Source: an uncultured Bacillota bacterium
GTDB lineage: Bacteria; Bacillota; DTU025; MWDF01
Assembly: GCA_963823655.1 (NCBI GenBank)
Contig: CAWGMK010000013.1
Coordinates: 320,001-384,000, forward strand
DNA length: 64,000 bases
Reading direction: 5' to 3'
The position numbers and the translations under genes were made by a program. Positions 9,847-19,950 of this stretch are shown here, one piece after another (position 1 is the first letter of the stretch; the number at the start of each line of letters is the position of its first letter). The notes beneath the pieces were generated by a model. It saw only the letters and a program-made list of their open reading frames with translations, ran no database searches and was not told where the DNA came from.

Positions 9847-12088
9847 CTACGGTGTGACGGGAAGGAATATCGCAACGACGCCCACTATGATTCCCAGCAC
9901 GCCCAGTATCAGGCCGGTTATCCCAAGGCCCTTGATCTTCTTCATCTCCGCTTGCATGCTCTGATTCTGCTCCGCAAGCTGGCCCTCAAGGGACTTTATC
10001 TGGCTGTTGAGCTTGGCTTCCCTCTCCTGGGCCTGTATGTCTATGTCGTCCTTCTGGTCGATTGACGCCTTCTCCAGGTCCTTGAGCTTGGCATCGGTCT
10101 TCACTTGCATATCGGCAAGCTTCGCCTCAAGAGTCTCCTGCTTTATCTTCAGCCTGTTAAGATCGTCGCTCACTAACACCAGGAGCTTCGTCGTCGACTC
10201 GAGGTTGGATTTGAGAACATCAACCGAAGTCTCCAGCCTGGTAAGCCTGGACTCGATTGCCGCCACCTTCTCTTTAAGCGACGTTATGCTCGCGTTGGCG
10301 GTATCCATCGCCACCCTTAAGCCTGCTATCGAGAGGCCCAGCTCCGAATCTGCGTCCTGCAGCTCGATGGCGTTTCTTACTATCATAGCCTTGGAATCGG
10401 AGTCCACCTGGCTTATGGTGGCCTTCAGCTTCGCGATTTCGGACGTGAGCTTAGCATCCGAGTCAGCCCTTGTAGCCTTTTCCGCGTCGAGCAGCTGGAG
10501 CGCATTCTGGTATGATGTGCCCCCTTCCGCCGACAGGGCCGCCTTGAGTGCCGCCGCTTCCGTCTTTCTCTCCTGCTTCTCGTTCTCAAGTGCTAGCTGC
10601 AGGCCTGCCGCCGCCTTCTCTATATCGGCGCCAAGCACTTTGTTCAGCATTTCAAGCCTAGTCGCGGTAAGGACATCGGCATCGGCCCTGAACCTCGCCT
10701 CATCGCTTATCAGACCCTTTAGCGCCTCCACCGCCGATGCCAAATTCCTATCATTTTCTGCATCAGTTGAAGCCAGGTTCTTATCGTTTTCTGCGTCGGT
10801 TGATGCAAGCATCGCTGACAGGGAATCAAGCTTAGCCGACAGAGAATCAAGCTTTACTTCCAAAGCCTTCCTGCTGCTGCTCTCGGTCTCGATATAGGCA
10901 GAGAGGTTGGTGACGGCCTTGTCGATATCCTGCCCTAACGCGGCCTTTATCGCTTCAATCTCCCTGTCCATCGCGGCCAATTTGCTGTCAGTTTCGGCCA
11001 GCGCGGACTTCAGCCCGACTATTGAGGCATCGAGCTTCGCCGCCTTGCCATCGCCTTCTAGTTTGATTGCGTCCATCAGCTTCTGTGCGGCCGTCGCCTC
11101 ATCTGCCATAGCCTTGTTGAGCTCGGCAACCTGCACCTGCAGCGATTTGCCCCAGCTTTCCTCTACAGACTTTGAGGTCGGCATCGAAGCCGGCGGCCAT
11201 CGCGGCATGCTCCGCGCTCGCCCATTCCCTTAGGGACGCGACTGCTGATGCGAGATCCTCGGCCGTCTCGTCCTCCAGGGTTCCGACCCTGGTCTCGAGC
11301 GCCTTCCTGCTTGCAATCTCAGCTTCCAGGTAGTTAGACAGCTCGGTCACTGATTTGTCTATATCGTCGGACATAACCGCTTTAAGGGTTTCAAGCTCGA
11401 CCGACAGGCCGCTTATTACGGCATCAGTCTTGGCCTGCGCGCTCTCCAGCCCCTTAAGGGCTAAGCCTGTCTCTGCCTTGCTCTCATCGCCCTGCTTCTT
11501 CAATGAGTCGATGAGCTTCCTCTCGGCTGCCGCCTCTTCCTGCATGGCGACCATGAGAGCGGCTAACCCTTTCTCGGTGGTCTCAAGCGACTTGTCCATT
11601 GCGACTATACGTTCCGCTTGATCCTCCAGGTCATCCAGGATGCCTGCCGCTTCGGCCTTCCGCTCCTGCCTTTCGGCTGTGAGGGATTTGCCGGCCTCAA
11701 GCTCGGCCTTCTCGAGTTCTTTCACCCTTGTGTCGAGGGCGGCGAGCAGGGGCACCATCTCGCCTCTTAGCTCATTTGCCACCTCGCGCAGCACTCCCAT
11801 ATCCTCTTCGGTTGCCGTAACGGTCCCCTTTTCAAGGTCAGTAAGCATCTTTGATACTACGAATGCCAGCAGGTACCTGCTCACGGGCTCATCGCCCTTG
11901 AACGAGCCGTCATTGTAGACGCCAAGGTACCCCTTCTCTACCAGGCTCATAACCGCTTCATATGCCCAGTGGTCTTTGGTTATGTCGGTGACTACTGGCG
12001 CGGCAGCCGCCCCCAGCGACATGATAATAGCCATCATGATGCTTATGACCGCCACAATGCGGCCCTTTGATGAAAACATTTCAGGCAC
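9847..12088 (-). CDS. SLH domain + long coiled coil + C-terminal hydrophobic anchor protein (Omp-alpha-like; frameshift near 11172)
   Basis: Signal peptide, SLH motif DITKDHWAYEAV...FKGDEPVSRY, ~620 aa of heptad-rich Ala/Glu/Lys/Leu sequence, terminal GITGLILGVLGIIVGVVAIFL. Confidence 0.8.
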
Positions 12089-12097
12089 CTCCGGTCT

Positions 12098-14076
12098 CTA
12101 CTTTATTATCGCCATAAGGCCGTCGTTTTGAACCGGCAGCTGCTTTCCTGCCGCGTCGAAGGCCTTTACGTTCTCCATTCTTATTGTCATCCTGCCCGGT
12201 CCCGCAATTTTGAAATCTATGCTGGCTAACACCCCTGTCGGCTCCCCGCCGGGAAGGAATGAGCAGCTTATACCCCTGATGGCTTTGCCTTCGACCTTGC
12301 CTTGCACAAGTCCCGGGGAAGTGCCGTCGGGCAGTAGCATAAGAGCGCCTGCTGCAACCGGTTTGCGTCCAAGAAGGGCCAATGCCTCGCCCTCCCAGAC
12401 TATGTCGAACTCGATCTTGGCGACTCCTGAGAGCCTTAGGGCCGATACCTTCGCCTCTATGAAGCCGTCGCTGAAGGCGCCCAGCTCCAAGGATATGGAA
12501 CGCGTGGGGGAAGGCACCGATGCCGCCGACTGCGCCGCGACCTGCTTCACATTCGAGGCGGCCGCCTTCGCCTTGAACTGCACCGCCTGGGATCCGGGAA
12601 GTGGGGAAATGAACCAGGCGGATTCGTAGCTCATGCCCGGCAGGAAGTGCCCCAGCTGCCTTCCTTGTGAGTCTCCGGGAAGAAGCCTTGCTCCCGTCAG
12701 CTCCAAGGGAGGCCTCTGTCCAGTAGGCCGCCGAGTCGCCCAGGTTGCTTATCTGGGCTGTGACGGGATAGGATTCTTTCAGCGCTCCAGCTGCGTCAAG
12801 TTTTATCTCCGGGATTATCAACCTTAACGAAAGCCTTGGGGGTGAAAGTACCTCTACGGATCTGGTAATGGAATTGCCCTCAGCATTTGAGGATTCCGCT
12901 TTTAACTTCAGCTGAAGCGCGCCGAACGTCTTGCCGTCGGTCTTCAGCCTCCATGAAAGCTGGGTAATTGCACCCTGCTTCATATCCCCGACTGAGCGTA
13001 CAAGCTCCGATCCTGCCATGGGTTCAAGGCCTTTTGGCAGCTCAAGTGACACTTTAACATCGAGCGCCGGCCCTTTGCCCGTGTTTTGAATATATGCCAC
13101 AACGGTAAATGAGCTCTCCTGCCCCTCCTGAGGCGCCGCCACTTCCGCAGGCGCCGCAAGGCCCAGCGACAGGTTTCCGGGCGCCACTACTATGCCGCCC
13201 AGGCCGTAATAAGTCACAAGCGTTACTTGTGAGCCGGGCTGCAACACATAGCCGTCCCAGTACATCGCGGCCGCCGAGTCCAGGTCGAATTCGCCCTCTC
13301 TTGTGAAATCGCGTCCCGGCACCAAGCCTAACGTCCCACAGGCTGTCGGCGAAAGCTCCCCAGTTGCTGAAGATTACGGAACCCGGAGGAGTAAGCTCTT
13401 TGCCGATAAGCGTTGCCTGAGAAGTGACCGAAGGCTCTGCAAGGGAGTCGAAGGCCTGCCAGAAGTCTGGAAGCGTGCCGCCCGTAAAGTTCCTGTCCGA
13501 GACTATGGTGCTCTCGCCGGCCCTAAGTGGTGCGCCGTCATTCTTGCCCAGCATCGTATCGAGCATTAGCCTCAGCCCGACTGCTGCGGGCACAATTCCC
13601 TCGTTTTTCAGGGTGTAGGCGATCCTGACAGTGTCATTGTAGCCGGTCATGTGGTTCCTGGCGAATGATAGGTCCTGCGTGGCCCTTATATTCCCTAGCA
13701 TGTAGGAAGTCGTAATAGAGCTGCCCTTGGCGGCGGGCGCCACGGCTACTGAGCCGTACTTGCCCCCCGCTCCGGCCCTCTTCGAAGCTTTGCCGCCGAA
13801 TACCCAGTCCTGGCCGTCGATCCTGACAGTCGTATAGCTTGTCCAGGGCACCGGCCGCCCATATATCAGCGGCAGGTTGTCGTCATTCGGGTTTGCGGGG
13901 TCCCCCCCGGTAGTCTCGACGCCGAACCTGCCGTTCTCGCTCGTTTCAGCATTGACTATTATCTTTATGAACTCATTCGAAATCACAACAGACGAAGCGG
14001 CGCTCGCGGATATCGCGACTGCTCCCAGAAGGAGCGCCACCGCCGCTGTAAGTGCCAGGGTCCTTGCTCTGCTCAT
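12098..14076 (-). CDS. Secreted multidomain beta protein: N-terminal beta domain, two Ig-like domains, C-terminal cohesin-like domain (two frameshifts)
   Basis: Joined from ORFs 13054..14076, 12081..13325 and 12098..12706. Ig motifs VAYIQNTG and TAQISNLG; cohesin-like pattern IEFDIVW...GVLASIDFK...VKAFDAAG. Confidence 0.65.
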
Positions 14077-14090
14077 CGGGCATGCCCCTC

Positions 14091-14888
14091 CTAATCCAAG
14101 AATGAAGCACTGATAAAGCGCTGTTCGGTCCTGGCTACCGGCTGCATCCTGAACGACACTTCGATTACAACCTTGTAAGCCCTCTCGGCGCTTTTAAATG
14201 TCCAGTATCTTAATATCGTAAGTTCGGCGTTCTTCTTGAGCCACTCGTCATCCGGGCCGGATAGTATGCCTGTGGAGAGTATCTTGCCGTCAGTGCCTAC
14301 CTTAACTTCCACGACAACATCGCCCTCGCTCGCAGAGCTCTGCGACTCTTTGGGGTAGGCTACCTCCCGTTTGGAGGCCACCATCGCCTCTCCGGTGGGA
14401 TCGTCCCCGGGGAATGCCGGCCTTACCGGCTCGGGCTCCTGCTGAGGTTCCGGTTGGGAGGTTGCGGGGACTTCCGCGGCATTAGTGGCTTCAACCGGTT
14501 CGGTCTGCACCGCGACGCTGCCCGTTGGCGAAGTCAGCAGCTCATCGGCCTCTTGAGTTATTGGCTCCTTCACTACGGGCTTTATGCTGATGATCGGCTT
14601 TGTGCTCGGTTGAACGGCAGTCTGCGGGGGCTTTACCGTCTCCGGTTTCTTGACTTCGGCCTCCGTCACCGGCGGTTTGGGCTCCTCCTGCGGCAGCGCA
14701 TCCTGCTGCGTCGCATCATCCGGCTCGCCCTTCACCTGCTGCAGCTCGGCCAGCTCGACGACACCCGAGCCTTCAAGCGGCATAAGTTCCACGACGGGTG
14801 CCGGCTGCCATGGTATCAGCAGCAGCAGCGCATGGATCCCCAGTGAGACCAATATTGCCAGTATGTTGTTCGCGGCGCTCTTTTGCAT
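14091..14888 (-). CDS. tonB: TonB/TolA-family energy transducer
   Basis: N-terminal TM helix with SLGIH (SxxxH), Pro/Glu/Lys-rich linker, C-terminal YP...EGDVVVEVKVGTDG...WTF domain. Confidence 0.85.
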   Translation of the reverse strand: MQKSAANNILAILVSLGIHALLLLIPWQPAPVVELMPLEGSGVVELAELQQVKGEPDDATQQDALPQEEPKPPVTEAEVKKPETVKPPQTAVQPSTKPIISIKPVVKEPITQEADELLTSPTGSVAVQTEPVEATNAAEVPATSQPEPQQEPEPVRPAFPGDDPTGEAMVASKREVAYPKESQSSASEGDVVVEVKVGTDGKILSTGILSGPDDEWLKKNAELTILRYWTFKSAERAYKVVIEVSFRMQPVARTEQRFISASFLD

Positions 14889-15313
14889 CAGTTGACGCCT
14901 CCAGGCTCCCCTGCCGGTGTCCTTTCGACTGCAAGCGCAAGGTGGACCCCTCCGCCCAGCCTCACAGCATCTACTATGGCTATTAGCTGCTCATACGTTA
15001 CGGATTTATCCGCTTTGATGGCGAAAAGCTCCTCTGCGTCCCTCTCTAACGCCCCTTTGACCTTATCCGCAATTCCTGTGATGTCGGTTGCCTCTTCGCC
15101 GAAGAAGATGCCCCCTTCGGAATCGATCGAGACCATGACGATATCGGAGGCGAGCTCTTTTGGCGTCGCAGCCCTGGGAAGCTCGAGCGGCATTCCTGTG
15201 GTGTTCGTCCTAAACGAGGTGAAGATCATGAAGAAGAAGATCAGGTAGCACATCATATCCACAAGGGGTATGAGGTCCACCCTGGGCTTCCTCTTTCTCC
15301 TTGCGATATTCAT
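14888..15313 (-). CDS. exbD: ExbD/TolR biopolymer transport protein
   Basis: DLIPLVDMM TM segment with the essential Asp, LELPRA and IKADKSV motifs. Confidence 0.92.
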   Translation of the reverse strand: MNIARRKRKPRVDLIPLVDMMCYLIFFFMIFTSFRTNTTGMPLELPRAATPKELASDIVMVSIDSEGGIFFGEEATDITGIADKVKGALERDAEELFAIKADKSVTYEQLIAIVDAVRLGGGVHLALAVERTPAGEPGGVN

Positions 15314-15930
15314 CAGGATTCCCTCCCGCCGTCTTGTATGATGTCCACGATCTCGTGTTCTGAGTTGATCATCATTGCGACATGCCTGTCAATCTGGGCC
15401 GTCAGGAAGCTGTGCCCCAAAACGGTGGGGGCTGCCACTATAAGGCCGGCAGCGGTGGTGATGAGCGCTTCCGCTATTCCGCCTGCCAGCTGTGATGGCG
15501 CCGTTATGCCTCCTAGGGCATTCAGCACGTTGAAGCTTCTGATCATGCCGGTTACAGTGCCCAGCAGCCCCAGTAGAGGGGCGATGGTCGCCGTGGTCTC
15601 AAGCACGAGCATGTTCTTCTCCATGTTGTAGACTTCGTTCTGCGCGGTCCTTTCGAGGATCTCCTTCAGCGCGTCCTTATCGACGTCGTGCGCCTGCAGC
15701 GCCACCCTTGCCATGGCGGCGACCGGGCCTCTGAAGCTTCGAAGCATAGTCAGAGCCTCGAGGCTTCCTCCTTTGAGGTATGAGTTGCGCAAAGTCTTCA
15801 GGACTTTCTCCGGATCGCTGGGCAATATGCCAAGCTGTATTACTTTGATGATAATCACTGCCAGTGAGAATACGGAGCTGAGTAGTATCGGGTACATAAC
15901 CCAGCCGCCCATGCGAAATAGCTCAACCAT
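15313..15930 (-). CDS. exbB: ExbB/TolQ/MotA proton channel protein
   Basis: APLLGLLGTVTGMI and GIAEALITTAAGL motifs. Confidence 0.92.
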   Translation of the reverse strand: MVELFRMGGWVMYPILLSSVFSLAVIIIKVIQLGILPSDPEKVLKTLRNSYLKGGSLEALTMLRSFRGPVAAMARVALQAHDVDKDALKEILERTAQNEVYNMEKNMLVLETTATIAPLLGLLGTVTGMIRSFNVLNALGGITAPSQLAGGIAEALITTAAGLIVAAPTVLGHSFLTAQIDRHVAMMINSEHEIVDIIQDGGRES

Positions 15931-15956
15931 CTCAATACCTCCACAGATAAGATGTG

Positions 15957-17756
15957 CTAGTCGACCCTCTCAAATAAACTAAACGTCGCTTCTTCCCCTT
16001 TAGTCACGTTTCGGGGGCCGTTAACACCAGAAATACTGTTCTTTTCCCAAGCCTTTAACATCGTATTGGCATGTTGCAGCGCTTCTTTACTAACAGAGCC
16101 TGAGAGCATCCTTGCTATCTCCTGCGACCTTGCATCCTCCTCAAGGCTAACTGCTGAGACGAAGGAGCGCTCCCCGTCATCGGATTTTACTATCAGCATG
16201 TGCCTGTTTGCGGCGGCTGCGATCTGGGCGATGTGAGTAACTGCAAGCGCCTGGGCCCCCGCCGAAACCTCTTTCAGCTTGGCTGCGACGTGGTTTGCGG
16301 CGGCACCGCCCACGCCCTGGTCCACCTCATCGAACACCATCACGGTGTCGTTTTCCTGATGCTTCATTCCGGCGACCTTGAATGCCAGCATGAAGCGTGA
16401 AAGCTCGCCTCCGGAGGCCACTTTGGCAAGTGGCTTGGGATCCTCCCCCACATTGGCCGAGAAAAGGAATTCTACCTTCTCCAGGCCCGATAAGGAGGCC
16501 CATTTGCCCTCGCCCGCATCGAAACCTTCCGATCCGGTTCTAGCTGATAACGAGGCTACGAATCTCGCCTTGGGCATCATAAGCTCTGTAAGCTGCCTTT
16601 CGACCAGTCCCGACAGGTCTTGCGAGGCTTTCTGCCTTGCCCCGCTCAACTGGTCCATCAGGCTTAGCATTATTGACCTTTTCAATTCCAGGTCCATCCT
16701 TGCAGAATCGGTGCGGATTTCGAGCTCTCTTAGCTCCGCCGCCTCCGCCTTGCATCTCTGGCAGAAAGCGCCCAGCTCATCGGCCTCAAGCCCGAACTTC
16801 CTCTTCATTTTGCCTATGTCGGCGAGCCTTCCTTCCACCTCGGCGGCCCTGGCGGGGTCCAGGTCCAGTGAATCGCGAATCCTGCGAGCAGCCTCCGCCG
16901 CATCGGTTAGGGCATCCACTGCAGCCGCAAGAGGATCAAGGGCGTCTTTCACATCTAAGCCCAACCTGCCTGCCGAAATGATGCCATCAAGCGCTGACCT
17001 GGCCAAATCAAGGGCAGAATGCTCGTCGGATCCCGTTTCGTAAAGCGCGGAGTATGCCAAAGAGAGCGCCTCGAACAGCTTGCCGGAGTTAGCGAGCACC
17101 TTGGCCTCGGCCAGGAGCTCAACCTCCTCGCCGGGTTTGACGGATGCGTCATCCAGTTCTTTTATCTGATACTCCAGAAAGTCCAGCCTCGACTGCCGGT
17201 CCTTGGCCTTAGCCATAAGTGAGTCCAGCCCGTCTGCCGCCTGCCTCCATGACTTGAATGCCTCAGAAGAGCCTTTCAAGAAACCTTTGCCCTCTTCGGT
17301 GAGGAAAGTGTCAACTGCGGTAAGCTGAGCCGCGGGCCTTGTCATGCCCAGCCCGTCGTGCTGCCCGAAGATGTCGATTAGGCTTTCGGCGACTTGGGCG
17401 AGCTCGCCTGCGCTCACCAGCGTCCCGTCAATCCTGGCCCTCGATTTGCCGTTTTTCTGGACCTCGCGGGAAAGAATCACTATGCCCTGGGCATCTACAT
17501 CCAGCTCCAGGGCCGCAAGGGCGGCTTTGGCCCTTTCGTTATATGTTATGTCGAAAGCCGCCTCTACTGCGGCGGCTTCGGTGCCCCTTTTGACATTTTG
17601 CGCATCGGCCCTGCCCCCGGCGATGAGCGCCAGGCAGTCGACTATGAGCGACTTGCCGGCCCCCGTCTCGCCCGTCAGCACATTCAGGCCTTTTGCGAAT
17701 TCAAGCTCTATGTCGTCAATCAGGGCGAAATCCTTGACTTTCAGCGACTTGAGCAT
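15957..17756 (-). CDS. recN: DNA repair protein RecN
   Basis: TGETGAGKS, ASGGELSR, FDEVD and THIAQIAA motifs. Confidence 0.96.
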   Translation of the reverse strand: MLKSLKVKDFALIDDIELEFAKGLNVLTGETGAGKSLIVDCLALIAGGRADAQNVKRGTEAAAVEAAFDITYNERAKAALAALELDVDAQGIVILSREVQKNGKSRARIDGTLVSAGELAQVAESLIDIFGQHDGLGMTRPAAQLTAVDTFLTEEGKGFLKGSSEAFKSWRQAADGLDSLMAKAKDRQSRLDFLEYQIKELDDASVKPGEEVELLAEAKVLANSGKLFEALSLAYSALYETGSDEHSALDLARSALDGIISAGRLGLDVKDALDPLAAAVDALTDAAEAARRIRDSLDLDPARAAEVEGRLADIGKMKRKFGLEADELGAFCQRCKAEAAELRELEIRTDSARMDLELKRSIMLSLMDQLSGARQKASQDLSGLVERQLTELMMPKARFVASLSARTGSEGFDAGEGKWASLSGLEKVEFLFSANVGEDPKPLAKVASGGELSRFMLAFKVAGMKHQENDTVMVFDEVDQGVGGAAANHVAAKLKEVSAGAQALAVTHIAQIAAAANRHMLIVKSDDGERSFVSAVSLEEDARSQEIARMLSGSVSKEALQHANTMLKAWEKNSISGVNGPRNVTKGEEATFSLFERVD

Positions 17757-17783
17757 GCGCACCTCCTGGTGCGAAGATTATTT

Positions 17784-18236
17784 CTATCTTCTAAGGGAAT
17801 CCAGCTTCCTAACAACCTCGGCGACTGCCTCTTTGGGCTTAACGACCATGAATATGTTGTCGTCGCCGGCAAGCGTCCCCATGATTTCCTTCCAGCTGAG
17901 CTCGTCGAGCACGGCGGCAACCGCATGGGCGGCCCCGATTACGGTCTTAATCACGACCAGGTTCTCGCTGTCTTGAATGCTGACTACGTCGTCCTTCATG
18001 ACTCGCTCGATCCTTTTATTCAGGTTCTCAAGGTTGCGCTCCTCAGGGGCAGTATATTTATACCTGCCGTTGCTTGCGGGCCCCTTGACCAGCTCAAGCT
18101 CCTTAAGGTCCCTGGAGACGGTGGCTTGCGTGACTTCTATGCCGTCTGCTTCAAGCAGCATGGCTAGCTGCTCCTGCGTCTCAACGATATGGGTCCTAAT
18201 CAGCTCAAGTATTTTCTGGTGACGTCTGTGCTTCAT
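17784..18236 (-). CDS. argR: Arginine repressor
   Basis: TQATVSRDLKEL and GTLAGDD motifs. Confidence 0.96.
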   Translation of the reverse strand: MKHRRHQKILELIRTHIVETQEQLAMLLEADGIEVTQATVSRDLKELELVKGPASNGRYKYTAPEERNLENLNKRIERVMKDDVVSIQDSENLVVIKTVIGAAHAVAAVLDELSWKEIMGTLAGDDNIFMVVKPKEAVAEVVRKLDSLRR

Positions 18237-18261
18237 CAGAACACCCCTCAATCAGCGTTTG

Positions 18262-19116
18262 CTATAGACGGCCTTCCTTCAGCCTATCTTTAAGGATACC
18301 GTAAAAATTCCTTTCTCTCAACCGTATAAACAGTGTTGTATATACAGATTTTTTCGCCCTCAGCTCATCGCCTGGCATCAAAGGCAGGTATATCTGCCCG
18401 TCGACCGTCATGACTGCCTCTTCGTTGCACCCCTCCACGACTATCTTTAACCTGCCGTCGCCCTTTACGACTATGGACCGCGAGAAGAGCACATGAGGGC
18501 AGATGAACGTGGCTACCAGCACATCAAGGTCCGGTGAGAGCAGCGGCCCTCCCGCAGAAAGGGAGTACGCCGTGGAGCCGGTGGGAGTAGCTATAATTAT
18601 CCCGTCCCCCGGATACCGCCCGAGATATTCATCGCCGATATACAAACCAAGGGTTATTAGCCTGGACATGCCGCCCTTGCCGATAACTACGTCGTTGAGG
18701 CCCGATATCTCCTCCACTACTTTGCCGCCCCTGATTAGCTGGGCGTCCACCATGGCCCTCTCGTCGATCTGGTACTGGCCCCTGGCGATCATCCTTACCG
18801 CCTCTTTTGGGTCGCCCTCGTGCACTTCGGCAAGGAAGCCCAGATGCCCGAGGTTTATTCCCATCAGCGGGATCTTGTAGTACATCGCCTTCCTCGCGGC
18901 CCCCAGCAGGGTGCCATCGCCGCCGAGCACTATGCAAAAGTCCATGTCTTTGGCGATTTCGGGCTCCCAGTCGAAGGGGATTAGCCCCGCCTCCCCGGCC
19001 ATATGGGAATCACCGAAGACGGCAACGCCCTCCTCTTTGAGGACACTTGCGATGGACCTTGCCAGCTCTATGGAATTCTCCTTGGAAGGATGTGCTATAA
19101 TCGCTGCTTTCGCCAT
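18262..19116 (-). CDS. nadK: NAD(+) kinase
   Basis: LGGDGT, GHLGFL and TPTGSTAYSLSAGG motifs. Confidence 0.96.
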   Translation of the reverse strand: MAKAAIIAHPSKENSIELARSIASVLKEEGVAVFGDSHMAGEAGLIPFDWEPEIAKDMDFCIVLGGDGTLLGAARKAMYYKIPLMGINLGHLGFLAEVHEGDPKEAVRMIARGQYQIDERAMVDAQLIRGGKVVEEISGLNDVVIGKGGMSRLITLGLYIGDEYLGRYPGDGIIIATPTGSTAYSLSAGGPLLSPDLDVLVATFICPHVLFSRSIVVKGDGRLKIVVEGCNEEAVMTVDGQIYLPLMPGDELRAKKSVYTTLFIRLRERNFYGILKDRLKEGRL

Positions 19117-19134
19117 GCTGCACCTCCTTGGTGT

Positions 19135-19950
19135 TCAGATGAGCTCGTGTGATTGGGCGACTACTCTTGAGACTTCCTTTTCTATATCCTCAAGCCCCGA
19201 AAGGCCTGATCCCTTGCCTCCCAGCAGCATCAGGTACTCGATATTTCCCTCCGGCCCTTTCACCGGCGAGTAGGTAAGCCCGCCCACGGTCATGCCCAGC
19301 GCCGAAGCGCCTGCCGCGGCATCCCTTAACACTTGCGAATGCACCAGAGGGTCCCTGACGACCCCGTTCTTGCCTACATTCTCCCTGCCCGCCTCAAACT
19401 GCGGCTTCACAAGTATTACGCAGGTGAGCTCATCCGAGCCGACCTTCATCACTGCAGGCAGGACCTTCTGGAATGAGATGAACGATACGTCCATCGAAGC
19501 GAAGCTTATCCCCGGCTCGAAATTCGCAGGGTCCAGGTACCTGGCATTGGTGCGCTCCATGACTACGACCCTCGGGTCCTCCCTGAGCTTCCACGCAAGC
19601 TGCCCGTAACCCACATCCACCGCATATACCTTGCTTGCGCCGTTTTGGAGCATGCAGTCAGTAAACCCGCCTGTGGAGGCCCCTATGTCCATGGCGATTC
19701 TCCCATTCAGGTCGAGCCCGAACTCCGCAATCGCCTTTTCCAGCTTCAACCCCCCGCGCGATACATACCTTAGCGCAGAACCCGTCGATTCTATGACTGA
19801 GTCCTCATGTACTGATTCGCCCGGCTTGTCTCTCATCTGGCCGTCTACTTTGATAAGGCCAGCTTGTATGAGGCGCCTTGCGTCCTCCCTGCTTTGGGCA
19901 AGCGATCTTTCGAAAACCAGCAAGTCGAGCCTCTTCTTATTCTGAGCCAT
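19135..19950 (-). CDS. tlyA: TlyA-family rRNA 2'-O-methyltransferase
   Basis: S4-like KRLD start, YVSRGGLKL, DIGASTGGFTD and KPQFEAG motifs. Confidence 0.95.
   Translation of the reverse strand: MAQNKKRLDLLVFERSLAQSREDARRLIQAGLIKVDGQMRDKPGESVHEDSVIESTGSALRYVSRGGLKLEKAIAEFGLDLNGRIAMDIGASTGGFTDCMLQNGASKVYAVDVGYGQLAWKLREDPRVVVMERTNARYLDPANFEPGISFASMDVSFISFQKVLPAVMKVGSDELTCVILVKPQFEAGRENVGKNGVVRDPLVHSQVLRDAAAGASALGMTVGGLTYSPVKGPEGNIEYLMLLGGKGSGLSGLEDIEKEVSRVVAQSHELI

Noticed and set aside
15957-16050. Extended RecN C-terminal tail
   Set aside because: It may be a variable tail or read-through from another indel; no motif supports a function.
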